A stretch of 64,000 nucleotides of DNA from Mobula hypostoma (Eukaryota): positions 114,950,001 through 115,014,000 of the forward strand of contig NC_086108.1 in the NCBI RefSeq assembly GCF_963921235.1. Reading direction: 5' to 3'. Position numbers and translations under genes: made by a program. The notes beneath the pieces were generated by a model. The model was given only the letters and a program-made list of their open reading frames with translations, had not been told where the DNA came from and searched no databases. Shown one piece after another: positions 43,483 through 54,556 of this stretch. How positions within the stretch are numbered: position 1 is the stretch's first letter; each line of letters opens with the position of its first letter.

Positions 43483-44994
43483 GTACCTCTTCCTTGAGAT
43501 GCTGCCTGGCCTGCTGCATTCACCAGCAACTTTGATGTGTGTTGCTTGAGTTTCCAGCATCTGCAGAATTCCTGTTGTTAGCGTTAGAGATTGGTACTAG
43601 AGGACTGGAAAATTGCAAATGTTACTCCACTCTTTAAGAAAGGAGAAAGGCAGCAGATTTTGGAATTAACTGTTAAGGATAAGGTTAAGGTTATCGAGTA
43701 CTTGCTGACACAGGACAAGATAGGACAAAGTGAGTATGGTTTCCTTCAGGGAAAATCTTTCCTGATGAACTTGTTGGAATTCTTTGAAGAGATTACAGTA
43801 AGATAGATAAAGGGGTGTAATGGTTGTTGTATATTTGGACGTTCAGAAAACTTTGACAAGGTGCCACACATGAGGCTGCTTACCAAGTTAAGAGCCCATG
43901 GTATTACAGGGAAGTTACTAACATGGTTCGAGCATTGGCTGAATGATAGTGAGAATAAAAGGATCCTTTTTTGGTCGGCTGTCACTGAGTAGTGGTGTTA
44001 CACAAGGGTCGGTGTTGGGACCGCTTCTCTTTCTGCTGTATATCAATAACTTAGACGATGGAATGGATGGCTTTGTTGCCAAGATTTCAGATGATACAAA
44101 GATTGGTGGAGGGGCATTTAGTGCTGAGGAAACACACAAACCGCAGAAGGATTTAGACAGATTAACAGAATGAGCAAGAGAGTGGCAAATGAAATATAAT
44201 GTTGGAAAATGCATGGTCATGCACTTTGATAGTAGAAATAAATGTGGAAACTATTTGAGAAAACCCAAGAATCTGCACAAGGACTTGGGAGTCCTTGTGC
44301 AGAACACCCTAAAGGTTAACTTGCAGGTAGAGTCAGTGGTGAGGAAGATGAATGCAAATTTAGCATTCATTTCAAGAGGTCTAGAATACAAGAGCAGGGA
44401 TGTGATGCTGAGGCTTTATAAGGCACTGGTGAGGTCTCACCTTGAATATTGTGAACCGTTTTGGGCTCATCTTAGAAAAGATGTGCTGGCATTGGAGAGG
44501 GTTCAGAGGAGGTTCACAAAGATGATTCTGGGAATTAAAGGTTTATCATACGAGGCTCTTGGCCTCACTGGAACTTTGAAAGTTGAGGAAGGATTTCCTT
44601 GAAGCCTTTGTAATATAGAAAGGCCTAGAGAGAGTAGACGTGGAAAAGATGTTTCCCCATGGTGGGAGAGTCTAGAACGAGAGAGCATGGCCTCAGGGTA
44701 GAGGGTCTCCATTTAAAACAGAGATGCAGAGAAATTTCTTTAGCCAGAAGGTGATGAATTTGTGGAGTTTATTATCTTTGGCAGCTGCGGAGGGCAGAGC
44801 TTGCTATTTTCTTGATTGGACACGGCATCAAGGATTACGCGGAGAGGTCCGGGGGGGGGCGGGGCTGAGGAGGGGAGAAAAGGATCAGCCATGATTGAGT
44901 GGTGGAGCAGACTCGATGGGCCAAATGACCTAAGTCTGCCCCTTTGTCTCATGGCCTTAAAGCAGCTCAACGACCTTCATATAGGGATCTGAGG

Positions 44995-47900
44995 CGGCGA
45001 TAGATGGTAGCTACAGGGAAGTTGTCACCCCTTCGTTTCGGGGGGCAAGTACCTGGATGACTGTCAGGAGAGGGGAAGGAAACGGACAGCCAATGCAGAG
45101 TAACCCTGTGGCTATTCTCCTCAATACAAAGTACACTGTTATGGATACTCTTGAGGGGGGGAGCCACTGCAATGGCTCTGGCAGAAAGTCTGGTGCTATG
45201 ACTCAAATGAGAAGACAGGTGGAGTACTGCAGTAGTGATAGGAGATTGCATAGTTAGAGGAATAGAGAGAAGATTTTGTGGACATGATAGAAACACCTAG
45301 GTGGCATGTTGCCCTCCAGGTGCCAGGGTCAGGGATGTCTTAGATCGTGTCCATGGCATTCTAAAGAGGGAGAGTGAGCAGCCTCATCTTTTGGTACCAA
45401 TTGACACTAATCAGATAGGTAGGAAAGACGAGGAGGGCCCGGAGAGAGAACTTAGGGAGCTCGGTAGAAAGCTGAAAGCAGAAACTCCAGGGTTATAATC
45501 TCCGGATTGCTGCCAATGCCATGCGCCAGTGAGGGTAAGAACAGGATGAACGCATGGCTGAGAAACTAGCGCAAAGGGTGAGGGGTTCAAATGTCTAGAT
45601 CATTGGGATCTCTTCTGGGAAAGGTATGACCTATACAAAAGGTATGGGTTACACCTGAACCCGAGGGAGACCAATACCCTTGTGGGCAGGTTGGCTAGAA
45701 CTGCTGAGGAGTTTTTAAACTAATTTGGCAAAGGAATGGGAAACTGAGTGATCGGGCTCAGGATGGGGCAGTGGGCATACAAGCAGAGGCAGTGTGTAGT
45801 GAGACTGTCAGGAAGAACAGGCAGATGAGCCGGCAAAATTGCAGTCAGTGAGATGAGTTGCAGTGCAACACGGGGATAAAAACCGAAAAGGGTGACAAAT
45901 AAGGGACTGAAAGTGTTATATTTTAATGCACACAGGATATGAAATAAGGAAGATGATCTTGCTGTGTAGTTAGGAATTGGCAGATAGGACATTGTGGGCA
46001 TCACCGAGTCATGTCTGAAAGAAGATTATAGCTGGAAGCTTAAAGTCCAAGGATACAGGTTGTATCGAAAGGGAAGACAGGAAGGCAGGGGGGCGGGGTG
46101 GCTCTGTTGGTGAAAAATGAAATCAAATCATTAGAGAGAGGTGTTGAATCATTGTGGGTTGAGCTAAGGAACTGCAAGGGCAAAAAGGCCTTGATGGAGT
46201 TACATACAGACCTCTGAACAGCAGCAAAGATGTGGTCTACAAATTACAATGGGAGATGGAAAATGCATGCCAAAAGGGCAACATTTGATAGCATGGGGGA
46301 TTTCAATATGCAGGTAATTTGGAAAAATCAGGTTGGTGCTGAAGTCCGAGAGGGAGAATTTGTAGAATGCCTACAAGGTGGCTTTTTAAAGCAGCCCATG
46401 GTTGAGCCCACTAGGGGATCTGCTATTTTAGACTGGGTATTGTGTAATGAACTGGAATTGATTAGAGAGCTTAAGGTAAAGGAACCCTTCAGAGACAGTC
46501 ATCATCATATGATAGAATTCACCCTGCAATTTGAGAGGGTTATGCTAAAGTAAGGTGCATCAGCAAAGGGAATTACAGCGGCACGAGAGAGTTACGAGCG
46601 GCCCAATGTTGATTGGAAGGGGATGATGGCAGAGCAACAATGGTTGGAGTTTCTGGGAGCAATTCAGGAGGCACAGGATGGATACAGCCCAAAGAAGCAG
46701 TATTCTAAAGGCAGGATGACATAACTGTGGCTGACAAGGGCAGTCGAAGCCAACATAAAAGCCAAAGAGGGGGCACATAACAGAGCAAAAATTAGTGGAA
46801 AGTTAGAGGATTGGGAAGCTTTTAAAATTAACAAGGTAACAAAAAGTCATAAAGGAAGAAAGGATGGAATGTGAACGTGAGCTAGCCACTAATATTGAAG
46901 AGGATACCAAAAGTTTCTTCAGATACATAAAGAATAAAAGAGAGACGAGAGTAGATATTGGACAGCTGGAAAATTATACTGGAGAGGTAGGTTTGGGGGA
47001 CAATAAAATGGCAGCCAAACTTAGTAAGTATTTTGCATCAGTTGTCCCTGTGGAAGACACTAGCAGTATGCTGGAAGTTCAAGAGTGTCAGGGGCAGTAG
47101 TGAAAAGAGTTGCCATTACTGGGAAGAAGGTGTGTGGGAAATTGAAATGTCTAAAGGTAGGTGAGTCACCTGGACCAGATGGTGTACCCCTCTGAAAGAG
47201 GTGGCTGAAGGAATTATGGAGTCATCAGTCTTTCAATGGTCTTTCAAGAATCAATAGACTCTGGCATGGTTTTGGAGGACTGGAAAATTAAAAATGTCAC
47301 TCCACTCTTCAAAAGGGGAGAGGCAGAAGAAAAGGAATTATGAGCCAAACTCAGCATGGTTTCCTTTAGGGAAAATCTTGCCTGATAAATCTGTTGCAAT
47401 TAAATTTGGTGATTGTTATGTACTTGGATTTTCAGAAGGCCCTTAACAAGGTTAATAGCCCACAGTATTACAGGAAAGATTCTAACATGTATAGACCATT
47501 GGTTGATTAACAGGAGGCAAAGATGGAAATAAAGGGAGCCTTTTGTTTGGACGCCAGTGACTAGTGTCGTTCACACAGGAGTCGGCGTTGGGACCACTCT
47601 TTCTCACATTATCCGTCAGTGATATGGATGATTGATGGCTTTGTGGTCAAGTTAACAGACAATGCAAAGATAGGTGGAGGGGCAAGTAGTTTTGAGGAAG
47701 CAGAGACAACTTAGTTTAGGAGAATGGGCAAAGAAATGGCAGATGGAATACAATGTCAGGAAGTGCATGTCATGTACTTTGGTAGAAGGAGTAAAAGGGT
47801 TGACTATTTTCTAAAATGGAGAGAAAATCCAAAAACTCTGAGGTGTAAAGGGGCTTGAGAGTCCTCGTGCAGGATCCCCTAAAGGTTAATTTGCAGGTTG

Positions 47901-48565
47901 AGTCTGTGGTGAAGGCGGCAATGTGGTGTTAGCATTCATTTTGAAAGGACTAGAATATAAAAAAAAAGAGGTAATGAAGAGGCTTTATGAAGCACTGGTG
48001 AAGCCTCACCTGCAGTACTGTGAGCAGTTTTTGGCCCCTTAGATAAGAAAGGATGTATCGACATTGGAGACGGCTCGAAGGAGGTTCACAGAAATGATTC
48101 CGGGATTGAAAGGCTTATCCTATGAGAAGCGTTTGATGGCTCTGGGCCTGTATTCACTGGAATTCATTAGAATGAGGAGTGACCTCATTGAACCCTATCG
48201 AATGGTGAGCAGCCTCAATAGAGTGATGTGGAGAGGATGTTTCCTATAGTGGGGGAGTCTAGGACCAGAGGGCACAGCATTGGAATAGAGGGACGCCCAT
48301 TTAGAACGGAGATCAAGAGCAAGCTCTTTGGCCAGAGAGTGGTAAATCTGTGTAATTCATGCCACAGGCAGCCATGGAAGCCAAGTCATCAGGTATATTT
48401 GAGGCGAAGGTTGTTAGATTCCTGATTAGTCAGGACATGAAGGGTTACGGGGAAGAGACAGGAGATTGGGGCTGAGAGAGGAATGGACCAGCCATGAAGA
48501 AATGGCGAAGTGGACTTAATGGGCAAAATGGCCTAATTCTGCTCGTAAGGCTTATAATCTTATGG
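44995..48565 (+). mobile_element. Near full-length decayed CR1 LINE (ORF1 SGNH-esterase-like; ORF2 APE endonuclease plus RT)
   Basis: ORF1-like CCPPGARVRDV...IDTNQIGRK and GLHLNPRG. Endonuclease-like YFNAH, VGITES, GGVALLVK, MGDFN, ILDWVLCN and SHHHMIEF. RT remnants at 47.3-48.4 kb. 3' end 'aatgggcaaaatggcctaattctgctc...cttataatcttatg'. Many stops and frameshifts. Confidence 0.9.
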
Positions 48566-48569
48566 ACAC

Positions 48570-49185
48570 AGGGAGGGGTGTAGGGGCCGGAGGGGGTTAC
48601 AGAGACGGAGGGGTGTAGGGGCCAGAGGGGGTTACAGAGACAGGGAGGGGTGCAGGGGCCAGAGGGGGTTACAGAGACAGGGAGGGGTGCAGGGGCCAGA
48701 GGGGGTTACAGAGACAGGGAGGGGTGTAGGGGCCGGAGGGGGTTACAGAGACAGGGAGGGGTGTAGGGGCCAGAGGGGGTTACAGAGACAGGGAGGGGTG
48801 CAGGGGCCAGAGGGGGTTACAGAGACAGGGAGGGGTGCAGGGGCCAGAGGGGGTTACAGAGACAGGGAGGGGTGTAGGGGCCGGAGGGGGTTACAGAGAC
48901 AGGGAGGGGTGTAGGGGCCAGAGGGGGTTACAGAGACAGGGAAGGGTGTAGGGGCCAGAAGGGGTTACAGAGACAGGGAGGGGTGTAGGGGGCCAGAGGG
49001 GGTCACAGAGACAGGGAGGAGTGTAGGGGCCAGAGGGGGTCACAGAGACAGGGAGGGGTGTAGGGGCTGGAGGGGGTTACAGAGACAGGGAGGGGTGTGG
49101 AGGCCAGAGGGGGTTACATTGACAGGGAGGGGTGTAGGGGCCGGCGGAGGGGTGGGGGTTTACAGACACGGGCGGGGGGTGTAGG
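48570..49185. repeat. G-rich 37-bp minisatellite (~16 units)
   Basis: Unit ACAGAGACAGGGAGGGGTG(T/C)AGGGGCCAGAGGGGGTT; successive copies start at 48,634 and 48,671. Confidence 0.95.
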
Positions 49186-49301
49186 ATTAAATATACACAA
49201 TATTTTGACGTGTACGGTATCGTCAATCCTCAACACTTCGACTTTCTTCCGACAATTTGGTGACTTTTCCACAACTCTGTGGGAATCACTGGCAGACTCA
49301 C

Positions 49302-49493
49302 CTGAACTTTCCTCACTCTCTGCATCGGAGAGGCTGTTGCTGAATTCATGTTCTCGTGCCAACCCCTGGTCACGACCCTCCTCGCCAGAGCCACTCTCAT
49401 CCCCTTCACCCAGTGCCTCTTCTCTGCCCTCTCCACAGGGTTCTGCCTCCCTGCCTGGCCTCTCCGCATCCTCTTCAAAATCGTCGGCGTATT
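49302..49493 (-). CDS. ERICH3: ERICH3-like coding exon 5 of 5 visible (acidic region)
   Basis: Acceptor ccaacag|AA, donor TCAG|gtgagt; 192 nt, phase 1-1. Encodes EYADDFEEDAERPGREAEPCGEGREEALGEGDESGSGEEGRDQGLAREHEFSNSLSDAESEESS, resembling the EYEEDFE acidic segment I recall from ERICH3. Confidence 0.8.
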
Positions 49494-49628
49494 CTGTTGG
49501 ACACACGGAGTTTGGTGAGTACCAGTCCCGGGAGGCTGTGGCAGCTGTAGTACAGACAGAGTCATTTAAGCAGACAAAGAAGCCGTTTGGCCGACCGAAC
49601 TTCCGCCACCCATTGACAGCAATAAATT

Positions 49629-49830
49629 TAAACAACAGGAATTCTGCAGATGCTGGAAATTCAAGCAACATACATCAAAGTTGCTGGTGAACGCAGCAGG
49701 CCAAGCAGCATCTATAGGAAGAGGCGCAGTCGACGTTTCAGGCGGAGACCCTTCCTGAAACGTCGACTGCGCCTCTTCCTATAGATGCTGCTTGGCCTGC
49801 TGCGTTCACCAGCAACTTTGATGTATGTTG
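49629..49830. mobile_element. Short palindromic PLE-end insertion with 16-bp target-site duplication
   Basis: Perfect 77-bp inverted arms (49,666-49,742 and 49,754-49,830) with an 11-nt loop. TTGACAGCAATAAATT occurs at 49,613-49,628 and 49,828-49,843. Same family as 42,678-43,578. Confidence 0.85.
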
Positions 49831-49849
49831 ACAGCAATAAATTGATTGA

Positions 49850-50516
49850 CACCAGGAAATGACTGTGGACTTCAGGAAGGGAACGGACACAAACCAGTCC
49901 TCAGAGGTGTCTGCAGTGGAAGGGGTGAGCAGTTTCAAGTTGCTGGATGTCGACATCCCTGAGGATCTACCCTGGGCCTGACTTATTGATGCAATTACAT
50001 GACAGGGACTATATTGCATAAGGGGTTTGAGGAGACTCGGTGTGTCTACAGGTGTACCATGGACAGCATTCTGACTGGTTGCATCACACTCTGGGATGGT
50101 GGCCAACGGAAAAAGCTGCAGAGAGTTGTAAACTCAGCCAGCTCCATCACGGGCACTAGTCTCCCCAACATCGTGGACACCTTCAAAAGGCAGCATCCAT
50201 CATTGAGGTCCTCCATCACCCAGAACGTGCCCTCTTCTCTTTGCTACCAATGGGGGAGGTGGTACAGGAGCCGAAAGACACACACTTAGGAAAAGCTTTG
50301 TCGTCTCCGCCATCAGATTTCTGAATGGACAGTGAACCCATGAACACCACCTCAATACTTTTTGCATTCTTTTTGCACTGCTTCCTTAATTTAATTTTTT
50401 ATATATATTGTAATTTGTAGCTAAAAAACATTATGTATTGCAATGTACTGCTGCTACAAAATAACAGATCTCATGGCGTACAGTATGCCAGTGATATTAA
50501 CCCTGTTTCTGATTCA
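49850..50516 (+). mobile_element. Decayed L2/Rex1-Babar-like non-LTR retroelement 3' fragment
   Basis: EMTVDFRK and YRCTMDSILTGCITLW...KLQRVVNSASSITG resemble the C-terminal region of these RT ORFs. The AT-rich 3' tail ends 'gtgatattaaccctgtttctgattc'. Confidence 0.7.
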
Positions 50517-50604
50517 ATCCTACATTGACCCTATTTCATTAGCCAATTTCCATCAGCTCCTCCCCCCCCCCCCAGATTTCACCCCCTGACCCAGACAGAG
50601 TCAG

Positions 50605-52635
50605 CGTCATTGAGAAGTACAGCACAGAAACTGACCCTTCAGCCCATCCGGTTCATGTCAAACCATTTAAATTGCCCATTTCCATCGACCCGCACCAGGA
50701 CCATAGCCCTCCATACCGCTACCATCTTTGTACCTCTCCAAACTTCTCTTAAACGTTGATATTGAGCTCGCACACACCATTTGTGCTGGAACCCATTCCA
50801 CACTCTCACAACCCTCTGACTGAAGAAGTTTCCCCTCGTTCTCCTTAAACTTTTCACCTTTTACTCTTAACCCATGCCCTCTGGTTGTAGTCCCACCCAA
50901 CCTCAGTGGAAAAAGCCTGATTGCATTTTTCCCTATCTATACCCCTCATAATTTTGTATGCCCCTATCAAATCTCCTCTCAGTCTTCTGTTCTAAGGAAT
51001 ACAGTCCTCGCCTATTCAGTCTTTCCTTTAACTGGGGTTCTCCAGACCCGGCAACATCCTTGTAAATTTTCTCTATACTCTTCCACCTTGCTTACATCTT
51101 TCCTGTGGGTAGGTGACCAAAACTGCACACAATACTCCAAATTAGGCCTCAAATGTCTTATACAACTTCAACATAACATCCATCTCCTGTACTCAATACG
51201 TTGATTTATGAAGGCCAATGTGGCAAAAGCTTTATAACCCTATTTACAAGTGACACCACTTTCAATGAATTATGTACCTGCATTCCCCGATCCCCTTGTT
51301 CTACCGCACTCCTCAGAATCCTACCGTCTGTTCACTGTGTAAGACCTATCCTGGCTGGTCCTCCCAAAGTGCAAAAACTCACTCGTCTGCATTAAACTCC
51401 ATCCGCAATTTTTCAGCCCATTATTCCAGCTGATGCAGATCCATTTGCAAACCATGATAACCTCCCTCATTGTCCACTACACCTCCAATCTTGGTGTTAT
51501 CTGCAAATTTGCTGATCCAGTTAACTACATTATCATCCAGATCATCTGTAGATGACAAACAACAATGGACCCAGCACTGATCCCTGCGGCACACCAGTAG
51601 TCACTTTCCCCAGTCAGAGAGGCAATCATCTACGACCACTCCCTGGCTTCTCCCACAAAGCCAATGTCTAATCCAATTTACTACCTTAAAGTAAATATGG
51701 AAAAAGATTGGTCTGGTCTCTGGGTTGGGATTCTGAATGGGAGAAAGGCCAATTCTGATGGTAGCAGAAATATATCCGGCAAGTGTAGATTTGAGACAGA
51801 CTATTTTCTGGCAATGGTGTACTTCGTAAGTTGGAGGCCTTCAAAAGCGAGGTGTGTGTCTGTCAGAATAAAAAGTAAAGTTAACGGATATGGGGGACCT
51901 TCATTTTCAAGAGATATTGAGGTCCTGGTTAAGAGAAAAAAAAAGGAGGTGCAGCTAGGAACAAATTAGGTCCTTATGGAGAATAAGAATTGCGAGTGAA
52001 CACAAAGAAGGCACCAAGTTGCTCTGGCATTAAAGGTGAAGGGGAATCCTGAAGGATTCTACAGATAGGTTAAGAGCAAAAGGATTGCAAGGGTTCCCTG
52101 ACAGCGGATCCAGTATCACACACGCTTTTGTTGGGACTTCTACATACTGATCAAGGAAACTTTTCTCAACACATTTGACAAACTCTAACCCATCTAGTCC
52201 TTTTACAGTATGGGAGTCCTAGTCAATATGTGGAAAGATAAAATCACCCTCTATAACAACCTGATGTTTCTTGCATCAGTCTGCAATCTCTTTACATATT
52301 TGTTCCCCTAATCCCTCGGATTGTTGGGTGGTCTGTAATATGGCTGCATTAACGTGGTCATACCCATCTTATTCCTCAATTCCACCCATATTGCTTCACT
52401 AGACGAGTTCTCCAGTCTATCCTGATGGAGCACTGCCGTAACATGTTCCCTGACTGGTAAAATCATCGTTTAATCCTTCCTGCTCTGTCACGTCTAAAAC
52501 AACCAAACTCCGGAATATGGAGCTGCCAGTCCTGCCCCTCCTACAACCAAATCTCACTAATGGCGATAACATCAGAATTCCAAGTGTTGATCCATATCCT
52601 GTGCTCACCTGCCTTTCCCTCGATACTCCTTGCAT
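50605..52635 (-). mobile_element. Decayed CR1 LINE on the minus strand, with a plus-oriented CR1 segment at ~51,688-52,092
   Basis: Minus strand has TTTRGHGLRVKGEKFK and FFSQRVVRVWN (3' part), RT remnants to ~51,685, and endonuclease remnants at 52,095-52,635. The intervening segment reads as CR1 on +. Confidence 0.75.
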
Positions 52636-52668
52636 TGAATCACACACAGCTCAAGACACTAATCACAC

Positions 52669-52801
52669 AAACAACAGAAATTCTGCAGATGCTGGAATTT
52701 CAAGCAACACACATCAAAGTTGCTGGTGAACGCAGCAGGCCAGGCAGCATCTCTAGGAAGAGGCACAGTCAACGTTTCGGACCGAGACCCTTGGTCAGGA
52801 C
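52669..52801 (-). mobile_element. Third PLE terminal fragment, ending at the hammerhead-like motif
   Basis: Same sequence family as 49,630-49,750. Minus strand reads GTC-CTGACCA-A-GGGTCTCGGTCC-GAAAC-GTT-GAC. Confidence 0.75.
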
Positions 52802-53072
52802 ACTGGGCAAGCAGTACCAGGTGACCGAGAGCAGACTCCAGTGGAGGCCGGGAAGGGGAAATAGGAGACACAGGAAGAGGTGGGAGAGCAGAGTTCAGAC
52901 CTGGATAGAGATGTGGGAGGTGAAGGAGAGAGGAAACGGGGGAAGAGGGAGAGAGGAGCAGGAGGTGTAGAGTTTTGTGTGCAAGCCTGGGGAGGAGAGG
53001 AGGGAAACAGACCTGGGGAGAGGGAGAGGGGCTGAGTGCAGACAGGGATAGGGACACAGTCCCTGGACCAAC

Positions 53073-53314
53073 CTTGCCCCAGGGCTCCATGGCATTCTGA
53101 CATTTCCTGGTCCTCGTCCATTCCGTCCCGTTCCGACACAGTTGCGCTGGCAACAGCTCCACTCTGCAGGTTCTCCGCTGTCCTGACTGTGCGGACCCCT
53201 CTGTTGGGCTTTGCTGATCCCGACTTCATGCTCTCTCTGCCCTGTCCGCCGTCCTCCTTTGCTAGCTTTGGGGGTGGCGACGGTTTCTTGTCCAGACCGG
53301 TGGCAATGATGCAC
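53073..53314 (-). CDS. ERICH3: ERICH3-like coding exon 4 of 5 visible
   Basis: Acceptor tctctctgcag|G, donor CAAG|gttggt; 242 nt, phase 2-1. Encodes CIIATGLDKKPSPPPKLAKEDGGQG...CHGALGQ, matching recalled ERICH3 CIIAMGLDKKPS. Confidence 0.85.
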
Positions 53315-53759
53315 CTGCAGAGAGACCAGGGTGGTCACCCACCAGTTACTGAGTCACGGGGGGTGGGGGCGAGTATTTCATTATTTCCAAACCTTCCATT
53401 AAAACAATCCCTCACCCACAAGCCACACCGACCAGAACTGCCCTGAGCCCTCAGGCCACCCTGCGGGTAGGCTGTCCCAAAACTAGACCATAATGACCGA
53501 CTGACACTCCAGCTCACAGCTCCTGAGGGACCAGGGCCTAAAAACATCCCATGGGCCCCAGCTAGTTTCTGAACCCCGTTCCATCTCACCCATCCATCCC
53601 ATAGAGTCCACACACACTGTTCCCCCACGCTCGCAGACCCAGTGCTATCCCAATTCACAGACACCACCCTCCCTCTGCACCCAAACCTGGCACATGATGT
53701 GAGAGGGTCCGTCTCACCACCACCTCCCACCTATCTGTAGCTTCCCCTGTCGCATAAAT

Positions 53760-54282
53760 TCACAAGACATAGGAGCAGATTAGGCAATCTAGCCTATTGA
53801 GTTTGCTCTGCCATTCCATCAAGGCTGATTTAAATCCTGCTCATACCCATTCTCCATAACCAATCAACCTCCACGTTAAATATTCCCAATGTCTTGGTCT
53901 CCACACCGTTCTTTGGCAATGAATTTCACAGATACACCACCCTCTGGCTAAACAAATTTCTCTACATTTCTGTCCAAAATGGATGTCCCTCTTTTCTAAA
54001 GCTGTGCCCTCTGGTCCTAGATTCGCTCACGATAGAAACCATCCTCTCCACACCCACTGTGTCTAGCCCTGTCAACATTCGATAGATTTCAAGAAGAGCC
54101 CCCTCTCATTCTTTAACTCCAGCAAGTACAGACCCACAGCCTCATATGTGACCTTTTCATTCCTGGAATCATCCATGTCAACCCTCTCTGGACCACCCCA
54201 ATGCCAATACAGCTTTTCTAAGGGGCCCAAGATAAGGGGTTACAAAACTCCAAGTGTGGTCAGACCAATACCTTTTAATGCT
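53760..54282 (-). mobile_element. Decayed CR1 3' fragment
   Basis: Similar to 41,296-41,595 and to the reverse complement of the CR1 3' ends at 44.6-44.96 kb and 48.0-48.56 kb. Confidence 0.75.
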
Positions 54283-54556
54283 TCAGACCCCGCTCCCCCT
54301 ATAGCAGGGTTTCACCCCACCCAGTCCCTGTCCTCACCCACATGTAGCAGTGTGTGACCTCCCCATACCATCCACACACAAATGGAGCATATTACGACCC
54401 ACTCCCCTCCCACCGAGCCCACTACCAGGTTGTACCTCTTCCACAACCACCCACCTGTAACAGGTGACCCTTCCGCTCTCCTAGAGAAGTTGGACTCCTT
54501 TCCTTACCCCATATCCCCACAGTGGGGGGGGGCATCCATGAATCCACCCCCTTCTC

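Larger units (their letters stand above)
42678..43578. mobile_element. Penelope-like element (PLE) 3' end/pLTR present as two inverted copies (palindromic insertion) inside CR1
   Basis: ~430-bp inverted arms surround a 7-nt spacer at 43,107-43,113. On +, 43,111 onward reads LQPDGMNIDFSNFR*, resembling the PxGxN C-terminus of GIY-YIG endonucleases. Each arm has a hammerhead-like motif. Imperfect TSD tagtgtt/tagcgtt. Confidence 0.75.
42410..44962 (+). mobile_element. 5'-truncated, decayed CR1 LINE (ORF2 reverse transcriptase), interrupted at 42,678-43,578
   Basis: RT-like peptides LEDWKIANVTPLFKKG, GVTQGSVLGPLLFLLYINNLD, ISDDTKIGG, KYNVGKC, LYKALVRSHLEYC and LERVQRRFTKMI. CR1 3' end 'atgggccaaatgacct...tctcatggcctta'. 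Frameshifts are present. Confidence 0.9.

Noticed and set aside
41296..44962. A single twin-primed inverted LINE
   Set aside because: Both orientations contain the same ORF2 segment and each has its own 3' end, so they are two separate head-to-head copies.
42408..48425. Functional RT or endonuclease genes
   Set aside because: They are fragmented by stops, frameshifts and deletions, so they are retroelement relics.
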